NCBI GenBank assembly: GCA_037917675.1
Contig: JAVCBW010000034.1
Span: forward strand, 70,788-134,787
Length of the DNA stretch: 64,000 nt
Direction: 5' to 3'
Source of the DNA: Thermoproteota archaeon
Lineage (GTDB): Archaea; Korarchaeota; Korarchaeia; B14-G2
A model generated the notes under the pieces. The model made no database searches and was not told the origin of the DNA. It saw only the letters and a list, made by a program, of their open reading frames with translations. Position 1 is the first letter of the stretch. Every line of letters starts with the position of its first letter. Below, in pieces: positions 57,579-64,000 of this stretch. A program made the position numbers and the translations under genes.

Positions 57579-59585
57579 TTGAAGCCAAGGCACCTAGTAC
57601 CCCTCCTCTTCACCCTCAGCTTCATCCTCCACTCTCCTCTTTCATCAGCTCCTCTCTACTCTGACATAGTCTCCATATACGAGTATAGGCCTCCAATCCA
57701 GCATGCTGAAGTCCCCTACAGAGACTACCTCCTAGAGTATCCTCCTGCTGTCGGAGCTCTAGTCTACCTGGCTTCACTGAGCAGAAGCCTAATCCTATAC
57801 TGCCTAGTACACTTCCTTGCCTTAGCTCCATTCGCATACCTCCTTGGCTTCATGCTAGAGAGGCTTAAGCCAGATGTGAGCCCAGGGTACCTGCTTGCTG
57901 GAGGCTACCTCCTAGTCTATGGCTACTACAACTGGGATATCCCAGCTGTAGCCCTCCTACTCGCATACATGTACTACAAGAGGAGGAGCTGGCTGAAGAG
58001 TGGGCTAGCACTAGGGGCAGCTAGCCTCTTCAAGCTCTACCCGATATATGCTGCTGCAGTCGAGCTGAGAGAGAGGAGGCTGAAGCCAGCTGCCCTAGCC
58101 ATAGTGATGGCGTCTCTCACACTCCCACTCTGGCACGCCTGTAGGGCAGACGAGTACCACTGGCATTGGTGGATTGAAGACAGCTGGATGCTCTGGGTTC
58201 TCCCGAACACGCCTGCTGGCATAGAGAAGGCCAACTACATGAGCTTAGCTGGTTCGGCTCTAACACTAGCTCTAGCTTTCATGGGCAAGCTGAACGAGCT
58301 CCAGCTCTTCACACTCCTCTTCCTCACCCAGAAGGTCCATACCCCACAGTTCAACATAGCTACAGTAGCTCTGGCAGCAGTCTACTCAGCGAACATCCAG
58401 CTGCTTGTAGCTGAAGACCTATGCAATACAATGATCATACTAACATGGCATGCTGTAGAGAACCCTCTAGAGCCAGGTTCTCTCCCTCAGGTCTTCAGCC
58501 TAGCTAGGCAGCTTCTGCTAGCCTTGCTTGCAGCAGGGGTGCGGCTCCCTCCAGCATGGAAGCTAGCTCCCCTAGCAGTGTCAGCAGCAACCCTAGCTAC
58601 CCTCCCATATCCTAATATGCTGGTCTTCGATGAGCTCTACTATACTCAGGCTGCATCATCAATCCTAGAGTCGCATAGAGACCCCAATGTGGAGCACCCG
58701 CCTCTAGCTAAGCTCATGATAGCTGCTGGAGCTCTAGTAGCCCATGAGACGTGGGCTCTCAGGCTCATCCCAGCGCTTGTGTCGATGGCAGCTGGAGCCC
58801 TAGGGCTATACCTCCTCTCAAAGAGGTATAGGGCTGACTTCACGGCAGCATACCTGATAGCATATGGAGACCTCCTGTACTGGACGTTCACGAGATCAGC
58901 TATGCTAGATGCGCCAGCGGTAGGCTTGATGCTGCTCTCCCTAGGTCTCCTAGAGGAGGGCTCGCTTCTCTGGCCAGCTGCCCTAGCTACATCGCTATGC
59001 TGCAAGCTCTCTACAGCACTGCCTGCTGCAGCCTACATGGCAGCTAGACGCCATAAGCCTACTCTGAGAGAGGCTGGAGTAGCTGCCTTAAGCCTAGCTG
59101 CAGCTGCACTACTGAGCTCCCTGCTCCACTGCAAGCCTCCACATAGGGATGTAGCTGACATGCTTTCAGCATACTTTGCGAGAGGCCTCTCAAGACAGGA
59201 GCTAGAGCTCGCAGGCTGCAGGAGCCCACTCGGCTCTCTCACAACTACACCCTGGACTGCCGAAAGCTACCTGAAGCTGGTAGTAGATGGAAGGCTAGCA
59301 GCTGACTTCAGAGAAGCCCTATCACCACTGACCTCACTGCTTATAGCCTACACCATAGCCTCAGCTCCATGCAGCAGTGCAGCTCCACTTTCAGCTGCTT
59401 CAGCAGCAACCCTGGCAGCATGCATTCCTGCATCACTAGCTAGGAGGCCAACCTACACACACCACTTGCTACCTGTAGTCTCGCTGGCAGCCATCCAGGC
59501 AGCTAGAAGCAGGAAGGCTAGGATGCTAGCTTACATCCAGCTGCTACTGCTCACAGCAGCCTTCCCAGTAAAGCATGTCCCCTGA
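57579..59585 (+). CDS. Membrane protein with two GT-C glycosyltransferase-like halves
   Basis: N half PYRDYLLEYPP, NWDIPAV, KLYP (GT87/DUF2029-like); C half VFDELYY, EHPPLAK, RSAMLD (GT39/PMT-like). Confidence 0.72.
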   Translation: MKPRHLVPLLFTLSFILHSPLSSAPLYSDIVSIYEYRPPIQHAEVPYRDYLLEYPPAVGALVYLASLSRSLILYCLVHFLALAPFAYLLGFMLERLKPDVSPGYLLAGGYLLVYGYYNWDIPAVALLLAYMYYKRRSWLKSGLALGAASLFKLYPIYAAAVELRERRLKPAALAIVMASLTLPLWHACRADEYHWHWWIEDSWMLWVLPNTPAGIEKANYMSLAGSALTLALAFMGKLNELQLFTLLFLTQKVHTPQFNIATVALAAVYSANIQLLVAEDLCNTMIILTWHAVENPLEPGSLPQVFSLARQLLLALLAAGVRLPPAWKLAPLAVSAATLATLPYPNMLVFDELYYTQAASSILESHRDPNVEHPPLAKLMIAAGALVAHETWALRLIPALVSMAAGALGLYLLSKRYRADFTAAYLIAYGDLLYWTFTRSAMLDAPAVGLMLLSLGLLEEGSLLWPAALATSLCCKLSTALPAAAYMAARRHKPTLREAGVAALSLAAAALLSSLLHCKPPHRDVADMLSAYFARGLSRQELELAGCRSPLGSLTTTPWTAESYLKLVVDGRLAADFREALSPLTSLLIAYTIASAPCSSAAPLSAASAATLAACIPASLARRPTYTHHLLPVVSLAAIQAARSRKARMLAYIQLLLLTAAFPVKHVP

Positions 59586-59634
59586 ACTCACAAAGCTTAT
59601 TAACCACAGGAGCAGGCAGAGGCTGTGGTTCGCC

Positions 59635-60459
59635 TTGTCGTCTGAAAGAGAGAGGATGGCTGAGCTCTTAAGGAAGCTTGAGGAGAGATATAGGAGGGGG
59701 GAGATAAGCTACGAGACATACATGGAGCTCAGGAGGAAATATGAGGCGAGGCTAGAGGCCCCAGCAGCTCCTCCACCTCCTCCACCCTATGCTCCAGCGC
59801 GAGGCATCGGAGACTACTTTACGAGAGCATGGGAGATAGCTAAGACACACTACCTGCTCTTTGTCCCAATGATCATAGCAGCCTTCATATCACTAGTATA
59901 CTCGATTGCAGTCGTAGGCTCCGTCCTCACCGTCGTAGCAGGGTTCCCTGGTTTAGCTCCAAGAGCTCCCATGGTAGGGCTAGGCTGGCTTGCTGGCGTA
60001 GCAATAGGCGGCTTCATCATAGCAGTAGTCACAATAGTGCTTGAAGGCTGGTGTATAGCGTTGGTGAAGGAGTACATGGAGGGGCGTGTCCCAGACCTCT
60101 CTACGAGCTTCTCTTACACGCTGTCTAGAGCTCCATCTCTCGTTGCTGTCTCCATCATAGTGGCGATTACAGTTGGCATAGGCTTCATGCTCCTCATAAT
60201 ACCTGGCTTGATCCTAGCTGTCCTGCTAGCTCTAGCTCCACAGGCTGTCATAGTGGATGGCATGGGCGTCTTCGACTCGCTTGGGAAGAGCTTCGACATA
60301 GGGAAGAGAAACTTCTTCGAGCTTCTAGTAATCCTCATAATAGTCATGGTGATCGTCATCATACTCTCTCTGATACCGAAGATAGGTGGCTTCCTAGCTA
60401 CATTATCTATGGCATACTTTGCTGCAGTGCTAACACTATACTACTATGACAAGAGATAG
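59635..60459 (+). CDS. Membrane protein with N-terminal SHOCT-like domain and Pro-rich linker
   Basis: LEERYRRGEISYETY, poly-Pro linker, several TM helices; TTATTAA at about 59597. Confidence 0.75.
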   Translation: MSSERERMAELLRKLEERYRRGEISYETYMELRRKYEARLEAPAAPPPPPPYAPARGIGDYFTRAWEIAKTHYLLFVPMIIAAFISLVYSIAVVGSVLTVVAGFPGLAPRAPMVGLGWLAGVAIGGFIIAVVTIVLEGWCIALVKEYMEGRVPDLSTSFSYTLSRAPSLVAVSIIVAITVGIGFMLLIIPGLILAVLLALAPQAVIVDGMGVFDSLGKSFDIGKRNFFELLVILIIVMVIVIILSLIPKIGGFLATLSMAYFAAVLTLYYYDKR

Positions 60460-61007
60460 CTGTTCTGGTTTCCCTGCTACATCTATATTTTTTACACAGT
60501 AGCGAGAAACTTTCTTCCTCGGGCTTCATCAGAGGGCTTTCAGTGGGAAGGAGGCTCCATCCTGGTTCTCCGCTACTTTGGAGCATTCGCTGCATGTGTG
60601 GCGGAGAACCTACCCTACATCCTGAGCAGAGCCTATCTGCAACAGCCAGCACCTTATAAAGCTTTCAGCATACAAAGCCATCACATGCAATACTAGCCGT
60701 TTCAGCCCGCATCTTTGGAGCCGCCAGCCTCCATCCAGGTCTACTGTTCTATCCAACCCACATGTCAGAGGCTGACCAAAGGCTATCCTACGAGACCATA
60801 TAAGCCTCAGGAGGACAGGAGCATCTAAAATCTACGTTTTCAATATCCATCAAGCAGCCCAGCTTCTATTGCCAGCAGCTAGCACAGTGGCAACCTGACC
60901 CTAGCAGGTGGCAGCTTATCTGCAAGAGCATGTAGCTCTAAGGGGGAGCTAGGCTCTGAGAGCCTACATCAGCCCTACTGGCAGCTGCCGTCTGCTGGCA
61001 TGGTAGG

Positions 61008-61082
61008 TGGGGGCGCTGGGATTCGAACCCAGGATCTCCGGCTCCCAAGGCCGGCGTCTTAACCAAGCTAGACCACGCCCCC
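61008..61082 (-). tRNA. tRNA-Pro(UGG), no intron, CCA not fully encoded
   Basis: GGGGGCG/CGCCCCC acceptor stem, CCGGC-CTTGGGA-GCCGG anticodon arm, CTGGG-TTCGAAT-CCCAG T arm; AAAAG-TTTATA promoter at about 61104-61115. Confidence 0.95.
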
Positions 61083-61436
61083 TAGAGCCTAGAGTACAAG
61101 CTCATATAAACTTTTACACCAGCTGCTTAGAGCGCTAGCAAGCTAGAAGCTTCCCTCTCTAGCTCTGCAGCCAGCTTGATGCTCCAGTGCATGTGGCTTC
61201 CCTAGGAGCTTACCGCTAGCCTCTGTACTGTGAGCTGTGAAAGCTCAGCCTCAATCCTATAGCTCCGCTCAGCCATAGAAGGTAGTGTCTGCCTTATACT
61301 TCAGCTGCTGTAGAAGCTGGTCTGGCTACCTGTGTTCTCCTGTCTCCTCTTGCTGTTTCAGCTGCTATCAGGCTGCACGTGAGGTAGCTCTGCTTGCTTG
61401 CAGTGGCTTAAGCCTGTTATGTGAGTGGCCTAAGCT

Positions 61437-61865
61437 CTATTCTCCCATGACTTGGACTATGATCCTTCTCCTCCTAGGCCTCGTGTCTAGCTCTATGAAG
61501 ACGAGCTGCTGCCATGTCCCTAAGGGGAGCTTCGAGTCCACTACTGGTATGGCGTAGTCTGCTTTGAGGAATGATGCTCTGACATGGGAGTGCCCATTGT
61601 AGTCTCCCCAAGTCTTATGGTGCTCGTACTCTATGCTCTTTGGGAAGAGCCTCTCTAGGGCTGCTGGTATGTCTTTCTTGAGCCCAGGCTCATACTCCAT
61701 GGTGGTCACAGCGCAAGTTGAGCCTACAGCGAACACGACTGCTATGCCGTTTCTCACACCTGACCTCGAGACTACATCCTGTACTCTCCCTGTTATGTCT
61801 ATGATGTCTACTTCACCTCTGGTCTGGAGCTCTATCTCAGCTGTATGCACCTTCACTCCAGTCAC
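61437..61865 (-). CDS. yjbQ: YjbQ/UPF0047 family protein
   Basis: NGHSHVRAS, LGTWQQLVFIELD. Confidence 0.92.
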   Translation of the reverse strand: MTGVKVHTAEIELQTRGEVDIIDITGRVQDVVSRSGVRNGIAVVFAVGSTCAVTTMEYEPGLKKDIPAALERLFPKSIEYEHHKTWGDYNGHSHVRASFLKADYAIPVVDSKLPLGTWQQLVFIELDTRPRRRRIIVQVMGE

Positions 61866-63047
61866 CTAGAGGAACTTCTTGACTAAAGCTAAAAGCCTCG
61901 GGTGAGCTAGTATCTTCCTTGCAGCCACCCCGTAGTTTCCTCTGGAGAGCTCAACCAGGTCTCCTCCACCCCAGATCTTAGCTAGGTAGTTCATCTCATC
62001 GTCGCTGAGCCTCTCAGCGAACTTCCTGACTTTGAGTATCCTCTCAAGCCTCTTGCCATGAGTGCTCCACCACATGCTCTCATACTCCTTCAGCAGCTTG
62101 AGGTCTCCTTCATGTAGGGCTTTAGCTATAGCTTGCCCTGCTAGCTTCCCAGCTGACATGGCTTCATAGATCCCTCCTCCATGGAGCGGGTTTACCTGCC
62201 TAGCTGCATCGCCTACTACCAGCAGGTTTCCCTTGACTAGCTGCTTGAGGAAGCCTCCTACAGGGACGCAGCCAACGTTGACCTCAAGGATGCTCCCCCT
62301 CCTGAGCTCTGGCCTGCTCTCGATGAACCTGTCTAGCAGGAGCTTAGCCTGCTCCTCCAGGTGCCCTCCTATCCCTATCCCGACGTTAGCTCTATCCTCA
62401 TCCTTTGGGAAAATCCATATGTAGCCTCTCGGAGCTATCTTGTTCCCCATATAGATGTGAATGAGGTCTGGGTCCTCTATGTCTATGCCAGCCATCTCAT
62501 ACTCGAAGCAGGAGTCTAAGTCGCTTGGCTTGAGCCTAGTGTCTACCCCAGCCTGCCTAGCTATCTGGGATTCAATGCCATCAGCTGCAACAATAACCCT
62601 ACACCTGACCTCAGCCTCTCTGCTATCATGCCACCTGACTCTGACTCCAGTAGGCTGCCCAGAGCTGAGCTTCAGCCTGGCATAGGCTCCTGCCTCAACA
62701 TGTGCTCCAGCTCTAGCAGCCTCTGTAGCAAGATACTTGTCGAACACCTTTCTCTCTATGATGTAGCCCATGACCTCGCTGAACCTAGCCTCTACAGGAG
62801 TGCCGTCTGGAGCATAGATTACGAACCCATAGATCTCTCTGTTGATGAACCTCGGGTCAGCTGGGATCTCTAGCTCTCTGAAAGCCCTTATCCCAAGCCC
62901 CTCTCCACACCTCTTCGGCGACCCTATCTCGAGGCTCTTGTCGAGGAGCAGGACGCTGAGCCCAGATTCAGCAGCATACCTGGCTGCTGTGGAGCCAGCT
63001 GGCCCAGCTCCAACAACCACAACATCGTAGTCAGCCACCTCTACCAC
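61866..63047 (-). CDS. Digeranylgeranylglycerophospholipid (geranylgeranyl) reductase
   Basis: GAGPAG, KRCGEG, AADG, PRGYIWIFPK, VGDAA..PLHGGGI. Confidence 0.92.
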   Translation of the reverse strand: MVEVADYDVVVVGAGPAGSTAARYAAESGLSVLLLDKSLEIGSPKRCGEGLGIRAFRELEIPADPRFINREIYGFVIYAPDGTPVEARFSEVMGYIIERKVFDKYLATEAARAGAHVEAGAYARLKLSSGQPTGVRVRWHDSREAEVRCRVIVAADGIESQIARQAGVDTRLKPSDLDSCFEYEMAGIDIEDPDLIHIYMGNKIAPRGYIWIFPKDEDRANVGIGIGGHLEEQAKLLLDRFIESRPELRRGSILEVNVGCVPVGGFLKQLVKGNLLVVGDAARQVNPLHGGGIYEAMSAGKLAGQAIAKALHEGDLKLLKEYESMWWSTHGKRLERILKVRKFAERLSDDEMNYLAKIWGGGDLVELSRGNYGVAARKILAHPRLLALVKKFL

Positions 63048-63207
63048 CCACTACAGCTAAAGGGAGCGCAGAGGGGCATACTCTCACACAGAGCATGCAT
63101 CTATCACACCTATCTAGATCTATGTCAGCAGCATCCTCTATTCTGATTGCTTCAGCTGGGCACACAGCTACACACCCACCACAGCCATAGCAGTCCTCTA
63201 CTCTCAA
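63031..63207 (-). CDS. 2x[4Fe-4S] ferredoxin, 58 aa (absent from ORF track)
   Basis: TTG start: RVEDCYGCGGCVAVCP...CDRCMLCVRVCP; overlaps the reductase start. Confidence 0.9.
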   Translation of the reverse strand: MRVEDCYGCGGCVAVCPAEAIRIEDAADIDLDRCDRCMLCVRVCPSALPLAVVGGRGG

Positions 63208-63248
63208 GCTTGCACCATGGTGCTCAGCTCAACCTGTTTAAAAGCTGA

Positions 63249-63902
63249 GTGCTCTGGGAGGTGATGGAGCTAACTGACATATACTCCATGCTAGAGGGCC
63301 CTAGGAGGCTCATCATAGTAGTTCACTGCAGAGAGCTCCCTGACCTAGAGCCTCTGCTAGCTGAGGCATCATGCTCTCTCAGCTCAGGTAGGCTCACCAT
63401 AGCTAGCTGCCTAGATGGAGGCAAGTATATCAGTACCGTGAGCCCAAGATACCTTAAGTCTAGAGCTGGCAGGCTACATCTCCAGCTCATGTTAGAGCTC
63501 AAGCCTGACATCACAGTTGAGCTCCACTCCTATAGCCCTAGGGTAGCCTCCACATTGACCAGCCCAGCGAGGAGGCTAGCTCCTCCTCTAGTCGAGCTTG
63601 AGGCAGGGCTGCTTCTAGGCTCAGTTCCTCCTCCTCTCGCTGCACCCCTCAGGTCACAGGGCATATCTCTTCTCCTCCCGAGGGTCTACCTGACCCTAGA
63701 GGTCGAGAGAGGCTCCAGCAGCGCCCTTGAGGCTGCAGCAAGGGCCATGAGGAAGTTTGCCGAGTGCTCCAGCGGGCTGGAGCTCATATACTGGCTCTTC
63801 AGGCTCTACCCGAGGCAGCTAGCTAGAGCAGCTAGGAGGTTCTCAAGATACTACATGAAAGCTGCTAGAGCAGCTAGAGCAGCTAGGTTGACTAGGCTAT
63901 GA
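63249..63902 (+). CDS. DUF2119-like archaeal protein
   Basis: KYISTV, VELHSY, VPPLVEL..G.LLGSV-like, LTLEV patterns; start uncertain. Confidence 0.55.
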   Translation: MLWEVMELTDIYSMLEGPRRLIIVVHCRELPDLEPLLAEASCSLSSGRLTIASCLDGGKYISTVSPRYLKSRAGRLHLQLMLELKPDITVELHSYSPRVASTLTSPARRLAPPLVELEAGLLLGSVPPPLAAPLRSQGISLLLPRVYLTLEVERGSSSALEAAARAMRKFAECSSGLELIYWLFRLYPRQLARAARRFSRYYMKAARAARAARLTRL

Positions 63903-64000
63903 GCTGCTGCAGCAGGGGCTACTGCCCTCACAGTGCTCATGGAGAAGGCTCTCCTAGCTGAGATCGCTGAGAAGAGGCTGTGAAGCATCATCTTTGCTAA

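Noticed and set aside
60500-60560. Hammerhead ribozyme or fluoride riboswitch from CTGATGA...GAAA on the minus strand
   Set aside because: The stem II closing pair and the pseudoknot complement are missing.
60660-61007. Integrated element at the tRNA-Pro 3' end
   Set aside because: No integrase and no duplicate of the tRNA 3' end were seen in the window.
61100-61436. ORF 61285..61557 and other short frames upstream of the tRNA
   Set aside because: No recognisable motifs, and the ORF overlaps yjbQ antisense.

Overview
Gene-dense 64 kb window from an archaeon, most likely a thermophilic TACK/Thermoproteota-type lineage. This is inferred from TTTAAA-type TATA boxes about 25-35 nt before many starts, a box C/D sRNA, a geranylgeranyl reductase with its ferredoxin, XPD and an ADP-forming acetyl-CoA synthetase. 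About 60 CDS are mostly housekeeping or metabolic: hydantoinase/oxoprolinase A+B, HtpX, ThyX, GyaR, TldD/E, Sir2, HDAC, Ino1, Nth, a BMP-type nucleoside ABC transporter and an acyl-CoA dehydrogenase. There are also tRNA-Pro(UGG), a vapBC pair and two broken genes (ACD alpha subunit; FtsX-like permease relic). Main highlights: (1) a five-gene nurA / HAS-barrel / herA / mre11 / rad50 cluster whose motifs resemble the bacterial (Cyanobacteria/Chloroflexota) version more than the usual archaeal one; (2) a perfect 35-bp direct repeat around a 39-bp foreign-looking insert inside a coding relic, the footprint expected from off-target Cas1-Cas2 spacer integration; (3) a textbook C/D box guide RNA and two small Cys proteins missed by the ORF track; (4) unusual fusions (GT87-like + GT39-like glycosyltransferase, acyl-CoA dehydrogenase + winged helix, creatininase + degenerate second copy); (5) shared palindromic TATA boxes between divergent genes and probable CTG starts. 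All family calls come from motif recognition by eye; no database searches or counts were run.
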